NCBI GenBank assembly: GCA_964016885.1
Contig: OZ024744.1
Location: forward strand, 91,512,001 to 91,576,000
Source: Eledone cirrhosa
Lineage: Eukaryota
DNA length: 64,000 nucleotides
Reading direction: 5' to 3'
Shown in pieces: positions 28,458-41,100 of the stretch. The notes below the pieces were generated by a model. It saw only the letters and a list, made by a program, of their open reading frames with translations. It did no database searches and was not told where the DNA came from. The position numbers and the translations under genes are program-made. Each line of letters starts with the position of its first letter. Position 1 is the stretch's first letter.

Positions 28458-28580
28458 GTCTGAAGACAGCATATATATGTGAAGGAATGTATATTTCCTG
28501 AAGGTATGTATATTTTTACATAGATCTATATGATATACATACCAACACACATATATATCCTAGAAACGATCGTAAAATTA
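28455..28580 (+). ncRNA. Hammerhead motif family B with ~95-nt stem II region
   Basis: CTGAAGA 28460-28466; helices atatatatgtg/cacatatatat and ggtatgtatat/atatacatacc; GAAA-CGATCG-TA 28563-28574. Confidence 0.65.
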
Positions 28581-28775
28581 TGAATTTTTTAATATAAGGA
28601 ACTTGTTCTTTGTTTTTATTCATTGTTTTTATTAATTTATCTTGACTCTGTTTTCCTGGGATTTTCATCGAAAACTTTTGAATGCATCTTCTCTTTTCAT
28701 GATATTTGGATTACATTGAGTTCTTCATATGGATTGGACACTACCGTATATTTTGGTAGATTTATCTACATATCT

Positions 28776-28853
<78 letters not shown>

Positions 28854-28855
28854 TT

Positions 28856-28947
<92 letters not shown>

Positions 28948-29046
28948 CATCATCATCATCATCAACGTTTAACGTCCGTGTTCCACGCTTGCATGGGTTT
29001 GATATATATATATATACATATATATATGTATATATATTTATATATA

Positions 29047-29079
<33 letters not shown>

Positions 29080-29179
29080 GTATATATATTTATACATATA
29101 TATATGTATGTATATTTATACATATATATATATGTATATATATATATATACATATATATATATGTATATATATTTATAC

Positions 29180-29210
<31 letters not shown>

Positions 29211-29339
29211 TGTATATATATATACACACATATATTTACATATGTATATATATATATATATATATATACATAAAATATATAAAATAATATATATAATTAT
29301 TAAGTCAAATATGTAAAATTTGGCTTTGTTTATTATAAA

Positions 29340-30232
29340 CTAGCAGTGGTACCCAGCGTTGCAAGGGATAAAGTATTTTGGAACGCGGGCCGCCAACAGA
29401 CCTAATCGTGGAAAAACTGCATGCCTGGACAATATGTAAAGAAAATAAACCGAATACTCTGGTGGCTGGATAATCTTTAAGATTTTCCTCGATGAAGCAG
29501 GAAAAAGGCAGGTTTTCACCTAATGCAGGCCTAAGGGAATCAAGAAAATGAATTTTTTTTATGTGCATAATATGCCTTGAAATTTCAGGAAAATTGGCTA
29601 GACGTAACGCCTCAAAAAAGCCCTGAAAAGCTGAAAAAATGAAGTTTTTCACCTAATGCAGGGCCTAGGCCATAAATAAGTTGGATTTTCTTTGCTATCG
29701 GTATGAAGAAATGACTGACTAATACATAGTTACAATTTCAAGGAAATCGGTCTCATATAACGCCTCAAAAACCCCTAAAAACCTGAAAAAATGCAGTTTT
29801 TCACCTAATGCGGGCTCTAGAGGAACAAAAGAGTGCATAACACTCCCTGAAACATAAGTAATACACATGTAAAGTTTGAAAAAAGTCGGTTGGGTACTTC
29901 TCGAGTTTTAGGGATTCAAACTCACAGACAGATGTCCTCAGGGAAGTGATGTAATGCAGACAGTCAGACATACAGACAGATATTATAAGGGTGCGATGTT
30001 ATATGTATGTATCTATCTAAAAAGAGAAAGACCAAGAATTATAGAGAGAGATCGCTAAATCGCCTCATGCGGTCCTTAGGGCATTGAAAATTTGAAATGT
30101 TTTTGCTCAGAACACTCCCTGAAACATTAGTATTACATGTGTAAAGTTTGAAAACAGTCAGATTGGTGCTTCTCGAGTTTTGGAGATTCAAACACACACA
30201 CACACAAACATCCTCAGTTTTATATATATAGA
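29340..30232 (-). mobile_element. Non-autonomous Helitron
   Basis: Minus strand starts A|TCTATATATAT and ends with hairpin cccttgcaacgctggg followed by CTAG|T; internal direct repeats (ttttcacctaatgc x3; ~100-bp block at 29839 and 30111). Confidence 0.75.
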
Positions 30233-30242
30233 TTATAGATAT

Positions 30243-30296
30243 ACTGCTATATATATTTCAGTGACAGCCATCATTCTTGTGACCTCATCAGGCAGT
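30243..30296 (-). ncRNA. Minimal hammerhead motif, family C
   Basis: actgc-CTGATGA-ggtcacaag..ctgtcact-GAAA-TATATA-TA-gcagt; stem I actgc/gcagt is perfect. Confidence 0.75.
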
Positions 30297-31171
30297 CAGA
30301 ATTGGTGTGGTAGAGACAGGTACACATGTTGTTGAAGTGTTTTACTCCGTTAATACTCCGATATGTCCAGCTCCTGGTTGGGTTGTTATTTCTCTGAGGA
30401 ACTGGAATCATATGAATTCGAACAAACGAATTTCGGCATCATAGGACACTCTCACCTCCCATTGGTCAGTTGTGAGCACATTCCTAGGTCAAAAGTCTAT
30501 AGAAATTTTGTGAGGCAAGACAATCTGTTGTGGTTGTTTTTGTTAAGTACAGCTGACCTCCTCCATTGTGTTGGTAGTGTTAGTGGTGTTAAGGGGTCAG
30601 CTGGCAGGTCAGCTTTGGTTTGCTGCTGCTATGTTTAGAAGAATTTGTGTGTGGGTTAGCATCTATCCTGCCACCATGTCACGTGGTGGGGGGTGTCAAA
30701 CAAATAAAAAATTAAAAATGTGTGTGTGTTACAACACACACACACACACATATATATATATAGACATACATAAATGTATATATATACATAATGTATATAT
30801 ATAAATGTATATATATACATATATATATATGTATAGATATAGCTCAGACAAGTTGATAACACAACCATAAGCAAAGAGTAATTCAAAGCTTAAATATGAT
30901 TTTATAGTCCATAGCAAGATTGGTAAAAGACATTTCAGTTGGAACACCTAACTGTAAGGAATGTTCGTCAATCAATTAAATAATTTAATGTAATTTAGTC
31001 CTGGTTATTTTATTCTTATATATATATATATGTGTGTAGAAAAGATATTTAATTTGTTGGAAATCCAACAAATATTTATAATATTTATAACTGATTCAGA
31101 GCACTCGACAGATTTCTGGAGTAAGTATTCAATGATGTTAAATAAATGGAAACTATATTTATAAAACCATA

Positions 31172-31229
31172 TTCTATTATATATATTTCAAGGGTACCAA
31201 AAATTTTGGTACGTTATCATCAGATAAAA
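31172..31229 (-). ncRNA. Hammerhead motif family A, within repeat 31040-31290
   Basis: ttttat-CTGATGA-..gtaccaaaa/ttttggtac..-GAAA-TATATA-TA-atagaa. Confidence 0.75.
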
Positions 31230-31542
31230 CACGAAATGTTTTATAAATATTTGACATGACCAAGGATAATATACCTTAACGGTTCAAGTTATCCCTGGAA
31301 AGTGAAGGGAAGAGAAAAGAAAAGTCAGATATTTAAAATTAATAGGTTCAAATTCGTCTACAGAACAGGTTTGAATTTTGAAATTTAAATATGTCCAGGA
31401 ATCATGGCTGTTGCCAATATAATATTGTCTTTATTGACTTATATCGAGACAGACAAATTGTATTCACTTTTATTAGTTTATTTCATTAATAGCTAACTTT
31501 GTCTGTTGCAATGTAAACACATTTCGTGTTTATCGTACACTT

Positions 31543-31608
<66 letters not shown>

Positions 31609-31612
<4 letters not shown>

Positions 31613-31690
31613 GTCGTAAAGTATGAAATTTGTAGAAATTTGTAGAAAAAAAACAACAAATTTCTACAAATTTCATAATTGACGACCCAA
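31609..31690. mobile_element. Mini palindromic mariner-type MITE (MADE-like)
   Basis: TIR ttgggtcgt.aa.tatgaaatttgt at both ends, TA flanks. Confidence 0.7.
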
Positions 31691-31999
31691 TATATACACA
31701 TATATATATATATATATATATGAAAGGTATAGAAAGTATTGCAGCAAGAAGCCAACAGTATTCCATAATATATAAGTGACTATAGCGTCAAAATGGGAAA
31801 ATAGTTAATGTAAGATGTGGGAAAAATAATTCAAACTCAATTCAAAAAGAATCAGGAATTTAGTGAAATCCAGGGAAAAATCAAGTCTAAAATAAAGTCT
31901 AAAATACTCATCCTTCAATTTGGGACAACTACAAATGCTCTGTATAGTCTTGAAAAGACTATTTCACGAAAACTTTCAGTGGAGATGGTCACGGTTGGA

Positions 32000-32072
<73 letters not shown>

Positions 32073-32076
<4 letters not shown>

Positions 32077-32139
32077 GTCGTCAAGTATGAAATTTGTAAA
32101 AATTTGTTTTTTTAACAAATTTCATACTTTACGACCCAA
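32073..32139. mobile_element. Second copy of the mini mariner-type MITE
   Basis: Same TIRs, TA flanks. Confidence 0.7.
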
Positions 32140-32146
32140 TATATAT

Positions 32147-32515
32147 CATCATCATCATCAACACCTTCATCATCATCGTTTAACGTCCATCTTCCACGCT
32201 AGCATGAGTTTAGACGGGAGTTGTCCCACTTGAGGCAAGAATGGTTGGGTGACCATGTCTCGCTCGTATAGGACTGTCTCTGGCAGGTTTTCTACAGCTG
32301 GATGCCCTTCCTAACACCAACCACATTTACAGTGTGGAACTGGGAGGTTTTTACCGTGTTACCTACACGGCCACATTACAGCGTGGACTGTGTGTTTATT
32401 TTGTCGTGACACCTACACGATCTCATTTATTTTGGACTGGATGTTGTGATACCAACATAACTTTACAGAGAAAGGGTGGTGGGGGTGGGTGTAGTAGGGG
32501 TAGTGGGATGGGGTA
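32147..32515 (-). mobile_element. RTE 3' UTR fragment (copy-2 family)
   Basis: Closely matches 38139-38500. Confidence 0.85.
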
Positions 32516-32529
32516 TATGTTTATATATA

Positions 32530-33041
32530 TCTGATAAATTCCGACCTTACACACTTGCACCTTTCTAAGACAATGTCACTGGACCGAGATTTTTGGCGCT
32601 ACGCAGTAATACAGAAGACCCGCCTGGCCTATGTACAAAGCGAAACCTACAGTCAGTAGGCACCTCTTAACCAAATATACACCCCAATCCACTACCCCTA
32701 CCCTATCCTCCCACCAACACCACCCTCTCTCTATAAAGTTGGTACCACAACATCCAGTCCAAATAAATGAGATAAATGAGATCGAGATCGTGTAGGTGTC
32801 ACGAGAAAAAAACACACAGTCCACACTGTAATGTGGTCATGTAGGTAGCACAGTAAAAAGTTCCCAGTTCCACACTGTAAATGTGGTTAGTGTTAGGAAG
32901 GGCATCCAGCCGTACAAAACCTGTCAGATAGTCCTATATGAGCGAGATACGGTCACCCGACCAACCTTGCCTCAAGTGAGACAACTCCCGTCTAACCCAT
33001 GCTAGCGTGGAAAGTGGACGTTAAACGAGGATGATGATGAT
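32530..33041 (+). mobile_element. RTE 3' fragment (copy-2 family)
   Basis: SDLTHLHLSKTMSLDRDFWRY, 3' UTR, (GAT)n tail. Confidence 0.9.
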
Positions 33042-33483
33042 ATATCAAAGTGTTGTAGTTTGCTTGAAACATTGTTGAATAGGAAACGCAAATTTAAATA
33101 ATCTTGAAAACCATACAATGCTCTAGAAAGAAAATCAAGATCTTTTAAGTCTCTCATGGGAATACTCCCTTGATAATGGGTTTTTAAATCCAAAAATATT
33201 TGGAATTATCAAATTTGCTAAGGTAAGATTCTTTTATTATTATCTTAGCATTCTTGATTTTTTTTTTAGGTCATTGTATGGTTTTCAAAATTATTTAAAT
33301 TTGTACATATATATATATATAATAATAATAATTTGTTATGTCTTCATTGCGTTTATTGAGTAGTGACACGTGTTTCGCTATTGGTCAGCTCAAGGTTCAA
33401 TCTGTATCGATCTATACCGACTGAAAACTACGCATTGAGTACCCACTCTGGTGAACCTACAATAACTGGACGGCGTTATATTT

Positions 33484-33539
<56 letters not shown>

Positions 33540-33542
<3 letters not shown>

Positions 33543-33765
33543 AAGGCGGGTAAAATTCCCGAGATCCATGGACGAGTTCTCTCCAGCGGTCTCTGTCTGA
33601 GGTTGGCTGGACATGCTCACCGACATCCAGAGTTGACATTGCACTCAGTGCTCCTTTGGGAGCCCCTACATGGACACACTAGAAGAGGAAGACCAAGGTT
33701 AACGTATGTTGATGCCCTAAGGACAGACACTGGTCTGTTGGAGATGCAGGACATGGCAGCGATAA

Positions 33766-33768
<3 letters not shown>
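33540..33768 (+). pseudogene. RTE-X-like LINE C-terminal fragment embedded in (TA)n
   Basis: [11 protein letters not shown]...[24 protein letters not shown]. Confidence 0.7.
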
Positions 33769-33862
<94 letters not shown>

Positions 33863-33874
33863 CATATATATATT

Positions 33875-34181
<307 letters not shown>

Positions 34182-34301
34182 TTATTTATTAAAATGATAG
34201 ATTAAAGTTTAAGCAAAGAATCACTAGGATTCTTATATATTTGATATATATTTATTCTTATCGAGCCTTCTTTGGATTTTAGTATTCAAATTTATTATTA
34301 T

Positions 34302-34331
<30 letters not shown>

Positions 34332-34336
<5 letters not shown>

Positions 34337-34523
34337 AACGAATAGGACCCCGACGGCTGAGCTCAAGCCGTTTTGATGGCTAATTATGTCCAGAATTAGC
34401 CGTCGAAACGGCTTGAGCTTAGCCGTCGGGGTCCTACTCGTTCCTATTACCCACTCTTCTACCCTAAGTATTGAGTACTTTGGTGCGTTATGGTCCATCT
34501 GGTTCCTTACCACATTTCCTTCG
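34332..34523. repeat. Unclassified repeat with a ~55-bp-arm fold-back; second copy at 37386-37530
   Basis: 34332-34385 pairs with 34394-34447; shared tacccactc..ggtgcgttatgg..ggttccttaccac. Confidence 0.8.
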
Positions 34524-34952
34524 TTATATATATATATATATAATAATAGAACACTGGTGGACTATATCCGTAGTAGTAGAGCACTCTGTCTATGGGACGA
34601 GTTTGGTAGAAGTAGTTTCCACAACAGATAGTCAACCATTACCGAGAACAATATAAATATGATTGAAAAGTTTCAAAACGGCAGTACGATGTGGTAGAAA
34701 TATATGAAGGTCAAATGATGAGAAAAATATAACAAAAACAAAGTAATATTTTATCCAGTATATTTCCACATGATATTTCAGGGTTTATACCCGCTTTTCA
34801 AATGTGGAGCTGAAACAGTTCAAAACTTGTCAGTCAATTATTACATATCTCACAATGTTTTGTATTAACTATACTATTGAGTGTGTGTATGTATGTATAT
34901 TGATATATATGTATGTGTGTATGTATGTATATAGATATATATGTGTGTGTAC

Positions 34953-34996
<44 letters not shown>

Positions 34997-35109
34997 ATGT
35001 GTGTTTATGATATATATATATATATATATATGTATATAAAAGGGAAACAGAAACACAATCGGTACAGTATATGGAAGGAATATATTAGGTTAATGCATGA
35101 AATAGCAGG

Positions 35110-35915
35110 AAGAGAGTCTTAACGTTTTGGACGCTAGTCCTTCATCAGAAGAAAGAATGAGAAATAAAATAGATTGAGGGGGTAGGTTGGAATTAGAAAA
35201 CATGTCTTTAGATAAAAATAACAGGTCCATTAATGTTGACATCTCTTGGAAAACTGTTGGTGCTGGCGTTTTGTGTATGATTTGTTTTTTTTTAAAAAGT
35301 GGATGATTGAGTGTGTCTACCTGAAATGGAAAAAAAACGTTTTGTAAAAGAGCTATAGTTGTGTGCATGCATAAGCATGTATTTGTGTGTGTTATTATAT
35401 GTCCGTATGAAACTATGAAGAAATGTGTGTGAATATGTAAGTAAAAGAGTGTGTGTGTATGTAAGTACGAAGCTATGAGCAAAAGTATGTTAATATAAGG
35501 ATGTGTATGTGTGTATACAGAGCAGTGAACGGAAAAGTGGAGTGAGCATATTTTGTCGGTCTGTATTAGTTATAAGAGAAGATGTTTATTGATCATAAAC
35601 ATCTTCTCTTACAACTAATACAGACCGACAAAATACGCTCACTCCACTTTTCCCTTCACTGCTCTGTATACACACATACACAGAGAGCGATAGGAATCTA
35701 GGGGTGAATGTACAAGCGCGTGTGATAATGGACGGGGTATTAAAGAAATTGGGGATTTGAATCAGACTCTGTTCAGTCCTGGTGCTCAAGGCCTGTAATC
35801 CATGATGTAAAAGGACACCCAGGACTGAAGCATGTTGGGAAGAATGACCAGGAGAACAGAAATGATGAGCGACAGGAGTATCCAAGCCGAGTCGTATGTC
35901 CCTCAAATGCTCAGA
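35110..35915 (-). mobile_element. Penelope-like (Neptune-type) fragment P3 with inverted segment and degenerate hammerhead
   Basis: SEHLRDI...PVAHHF..PGH GIY-YIG C-terminus; palindrome 35503-35680; CTGATGA-a-ggac-tagc-gtcc-AAAAC at 35116-35152. Confidence 0.7.
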
Positions 35916-35921
35916 TATATA

Positions 35922-36050
35922 TTTGCAGTTTCTATCCACCAAATCCCACTCACAAAGCATTGGACAACAAATGGTTAAAGTAGAGGACACTTGTCCAAGG
36001 TGCCATGCAGGAGGACTGAGCCTGAAGCCATGTGATTGTGAAACAAATAT
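35922..36050 (-). mobile_element. Degenerate tRNA-derived SINE (family S3); related copy at 54405-54570 (+)
   Basis: gacacttgtccaaggtgccatgcag..gactgagcc..ccatgtg and tttctatccaccaaatcccactc. Confidence 0.55.
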
Positions 36051-36080
36051 GGTAATGTCTGTGCCATATAGTGAAATTTA

Positions 36081-36612
36081 TCATCATCATGATCATCGTT
36101 TAACGTCAATTTCCATGCTAGCATAGGTTAGACAGGTTGCCCCATTTGGGGCATATCAGGTCAGATGATCATGTCTTGCTCATACAGAACTGTTAGTGGC
36201 ATAGTTTTTACAGCTAGATGCCATTCCTAATACCAACCTCATTTACAGTACCAAACATATTTAGAGTATGGACTGGGTACCGTTTGTTGTAACACCTACA
36301 TCTCTACATTACAGCGTGTACTGGGTACTTTTTGTTGTGACACCTACACAACCACTTTACAAAGTGGGCTGGGTAATTTTAGTTATGTCACCTACACTAC
36401 CACTTTACAGTGTGAACTGGAAGCTTTTTATCGTGTCACCTACATGACCACTTTACAGTGTTGACTGGGTACTTTTTGTCGTGTCATCTACATGACCACT
36501 TTATAGTGTGGACTGGGCACTTTTTGTTGTCACAAACATGACCACTTTACAGTGTGGATTGGGCGCTTTTTTTCATGTCACCAACACAACCATTTTACAG
36601 TGTGGACTAGGG
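36081..36612 (-). mobile_element. Older RTE 3' UTR with ~7 diverged 48-bp units
   Basis: RTE tail at 36095-36135; accactttacagtgtggactggg units. Confidence 0.8.
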
Positions 36613-37935
36613 AGTGGGGTGTGGAGTGTTAGTGTATGTGAGATGTAATTATCTATTTATATATTCTAAGATAAAAATTCACTCTGTCACTACACTGATG
36701 TTTTTTTTTTTATTCCATTCAGATGTGTCAACAAGCTTCAGATTAAATTTGAAATATTAATGAACAGAAAGTCGCTTATTTGTCACTGTTTAGTTTTAGA
36801 TGTAGCAGCTTGGTGAATGTATTTCAAATTATAAATGTTTGTTATATGACACTTTCCCATGGTTTCTCAATATATATATATATACAATAAAGTATGTCCA
36901 TAGAATCATTTGATAAAATATATTCATTATTTCCTCTCCCAATCAGCATAATCAACCACACAAAAAAAAACAATTAAACAAGGCTGTAAGATTAAAAGGC
37001 ACCTATGAAAAAATAATAGATAAATAAACGACAGCTATCTATCCGCGATCAATAGCTATTCTAATAGCACGTGGAAATCGATTAAATATATCGTCAACCA
37101 TACACAATTATGTATAAAATCAAAGTTAGAAGAAAAAAAAGTATATAAGCATACCAAAATTATGTTTCTACCCCATGAGGTTTCATTCACTTTTTGGAAA
37201 TATCCGATCAAGGATAAATTCACTAGTTTCGAAATCATCAGGAAGCAAACTCACTTGGACAAAGATTTTTCTTAAATGATCCCCGCCAGAAACGAATTCA
37301 AAATGGCAGTGGTCAAGTCAGAAAGAATGTGATTGGTGCCCTACGGCGAGTGGGCTGGTTGCTAGAAAGCGCATATATATATTTATAGGAAAAAGTATGA
37401 CCCCAACGGCAGAGCTCAAGCCATTTCGACGGCTATTTCTGGACTATTTCCTATTACCCACTCTACTACCTTAAGTATTGAGGACTCTGGTGCGTTATGG
37501 CCCATCTGGTTCCTTACCACAACTCCTTCGTTATATATATATATACACATGAAGGGTCCGTGCATGCGTTATAGAATCTTGAGTTGATCAATTGCGTCGG
37601 TTGAAGCAAGCAGAATTTTGGCTGCTTACTAAATCGTAGACACATAAAAAGATAACACACACACACATACACACAAACACACATACACACAAACACTACT
37701 AAATCGTAGACACAAAAAGATAACACACACATAGACACTAGATAACACTACATGCGACTTTGACCGTGAGGGTCATTTAGAGGGAATGTGGGGGTGGGGG
37801 TGGGGTAAAGCTGCACAGCCCCACTTTCCACCATGGCGATTGGACTGCATGCCCTGCTTTCCAGGTTACCCTTCGCCACTGATATATATATCAATGATAT
37901 TAAATAAATGGAAAATATATTTATAAAACCATATT

Positions 37936-37996
37936 TATTCTATTATATATATTTCAAGGGTACCAAAACTTTGGTACCCTCTCATCAGATAAAATA
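37936..37996 (-). ncRNA. Hammerhead motif family A, best-preserved copy
   Basis: tattttat-CTGATGA-g-agggtaccaaa-gt-tttggtaccct-t-GAAA-TATATA-TA-atagaata. Confidence 0.85.
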
Positions 37997-38138
37997 CAAA
38001 GTTTGTTTTATAAATATTGATATATCCAGGAATTAGACCTTAACGGTTGATATTATACTCCAGAAAAGCTGTCGGGTGCTTCGAATCTGTTATAAATATA
38101 TTTGTTGAATTACCATCAAATTAAATATCCTTTTGCTT

Positions 38139-41100
38139 CATCATCATCATCATCGTTTAACGTCCATCTTCCATGCTAGCATGGGTTAGACGGAAGTTGT
38201 CCCACTTGAGGCAAGGTTGGTCGGGTGACCGTATCTCGCTCATATAGGACTATCTGGCAGGTTTTGTACGGCTGGATGCTCTTCCTAACACCAACCACAT
38301 TTTCAGTGTGGAACTGGGAACTTTTTATCGTGTTACGTACATGGCCACATTACAGCGTGGACTGTGTGTTTTTTTGTTGTGACACCTACACGATCTCGAT
38401 CTCATTATCTCATTTATTTGGACTGGATGTTGTGGTACCAACTTTACAGAGAGAGGGTGGTGGGAGTGGGAGGATAGGGTAGGGGTAGTGGATTGGGGTG
38501 TATATTTGGTTAAGAGGTGCCTACTGACTGTAGGTTTCGCTTCGTACATAGGCAAGGCGGGTCTTCTGTATTACTGTGTAGCGCCAAAGATCTCGGCCCA
38601 GTGACATTGTCTTAGAGAGGTGCAAGTGTGTAAGGTCGGAATTTATCAGATCGTCCCAGGTTTTTCTGTGTCTACCTACTTCGTACCTACCATCAATTTT
38701 GATCGCCCTGCACTTTTTTATGTAGCTGTCATCTTTCATGCGCAACACGTGACCATACCAACGTAGTCTTCTCTCAAGTAAACAGCATCTGATCCCTCTT
38801 ATTCCTAATTTCTCACTTAGTTTATTTATGCTTTGCCGTTCACGTATATTACTATTACACATCCAACGGAGCATGCATGCTTCGTTCTTTTCCAGTCTGC
38901 GCAGGTCCTCTGCACGTAATGCTCATGTCTCACTGCCATGTAGCATTGCTGTTCGTATACAGCCATCATACAATCTGCCTTTCATTTTTAGAGAGAACCC
39001 TTTTGTGGCCAACAGCGGTATAAGTTCTCTGAAAGTTTTCCATCCCGTTCTGACTCTGGCTACTGTACTTTCAGAGCACCCTCCACCACTGCTAATTTTG
39101 TCACCCAGGTAACAGAAAGTGTCTACTATTTCTATAGAACCTTCTGGGCAATAGAAGGAGCTAGTATCCTGTGGACACTTGCTACTTATTGCACCTGAGC
39201 ACCGGCCACATATAAAGTCTACGTTCTTAGATAGTTTACCTGTGATCCCACTACATCTTTTATGTACCCATACTTTGCATTTGGGACATAAAATGGAATT
39301 TCTACCTATTCCTTTCCTACACACTGAGCATGGCCATTTCCCTGAGGGCACCTGCGCCCTATTTTCCTTTCTATAAACTAGAACTTTAGTTTTAGACAAG
39401 TTAACTTTAAGGCCTTTTGATTCTAGGCCATGCTTCCATGTTTGGAATTTCTTCTCTAGTTCAGCCATTGATTCAGCTATGAGCGTTAGATCATCTGCGT
39501 ATAGGAGTTCCTATGGGCAGCCGGTCTTGAACTCCTCTGTTATAGCCTGAAGGGCAATAATAAATAGGAGAGGGCTAAGGACAGAGCCTTGATGAACACC
39601 AACTTTTACACTAAATTCTTCACTATATTCGTTGTTAATTCTAACCTTACTCACAAGCCATTCATCTCCACCTAGTTTTCTAAGAGCCCACCAGATAATG
39701 GAGTGGGGGACTCTGTAAAAGGCTTTCTCCAGGTCTTCAAAAGCTAAGTAGAGGCATTTACTTTTAGTTAGGTACTTCTCTTGTAGTTGTCGTACAAGGA
39801 AAAGAGTGTCTGTGGTACTTTTACCTGACACAAACCCAAACTGCATTTCATCTAGATCAATTTGCTCTCTGATTAGTTGCGCTATAACTCTTTGTGTTAC
39901 CTTCATGACCTGGTCAACTAACTTAATGCCTCTATAGTTTTCCCTATCTAGAGCATCCCCTTTACCCTTGTAGCAGTTAATGATGCTGCTATGCCAGTCT
40001 TTCGGTATGACCCCATTCTGTATTACTTGGTTAACTATACGGGTGACCGTAGTGTGTCCTACCATACCAGATGCCTTCAACATCTCAGCAACTATCTCCG
40101 AAGGCCCAGCTGCCTTGCCTGTCTTCATATCTTTGATTGCCTTACTTATTATACTACCATTAACTTGCACCGCTGGTCCCTCTATTGGATCGAATTGGGG
40201 CAGACTATCTTTTCCCCATTTAATAGTCTCTCGTAGTGACACTTCCAGGCTATCTTCTTATCAGTATCAGTGAGCGCAAGTACTCCGTTATCATTACGGA
40301 CACACTGCTCCCCGACAATATCACGGTTTTCCTTGACACATTGTCTAGCAATCCTGAACACCTTATGTTTTTGGTCCTCACGTTGTAGAACATGCTTAAA
40401 CTTTCTATCCTCTGCTACCCTTTTTGCAAGGTACACTTGTCTCCTAGCTTCTCTCCTGGCCACTTGATAGTGCTCTCTATTTCCCCCATCCTGCCATACT
40501 TTCCAAGCTTGCTTTTTGGCCTTGATTGTCTCCTCCACCTTACTGTTCCACCACCAAGTTACTCTCCTCCTGCCAATAGGTCAGTTCCAGCCACAGATTT
40601 CATCTGTTGCTTTCAGCAGGTTCACTTTCAAGAATTGCCACTGTTCCTCTATATTACACGTCTCTAATTGCTCTTCCTTATTGTCAAAGGCATCAAGTAA
40701 TAAGCTTTTAAATTTGTCACTGGCTATGGGGTCCTTCAACTTCCATATTCTTCTCCTCAAGGTAGGTCTCCTCTGTCGTCGAGTATGTCTATTCCTGACT
40801 ATGAGGTCACTAGCTACTAGGCTATGTTGGGAGGTGCATTCTTCACGGGGGAGGGATTTAGTGTTTACCACAGACATTTTGTCCCGTCTTCTAGTAAGGA
40901 TATAATCTATCTGGCTGGCATGTTCCCCTGATCTATAGGTGATCAAGTGGTTTTCACGTTTTTTGAAGTTTGTGTTACAGATAGTTAGGCTATTTGCGTC
41001 ACAGAATTCCAGGATTCTAAAGCCCTCCTCATTTCTATTTCCAACCCCCTCCTCATTTCTATTTCCAACCCCATAGCCTCCATGGATTCCATCATAGCCA

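Larger units (their letters stand above)
26713..28580 (+). mobile_element. Penelope-like element fragment P2 (frameshifted GIY-YIG half, AT-rich 3' region, hammerhead)
   Basis: Manual translation from 26701: WYNAPF..NFPPNHKYHQILNRSTVKFSYS..CNCRIKRNCPLKGNC / VYKC..YIGAT..FKVRFNTH / CRLC.QE..LLNK..E..SCNH, ending ~27475. Confidence 0.8.

Noticed and set aside
36700-36760. Strong pyrimidine tract plus AG (also 18590-18625) as a host exon start
   Set aside because: Frames close quickly, with no donor site or recognisable protein; poly-T tracts are common here
37280-37370. Promoter-like motifs (aaaatggc, gattgg)
   Set aside because: Short motifs expected by chance; no linked gene
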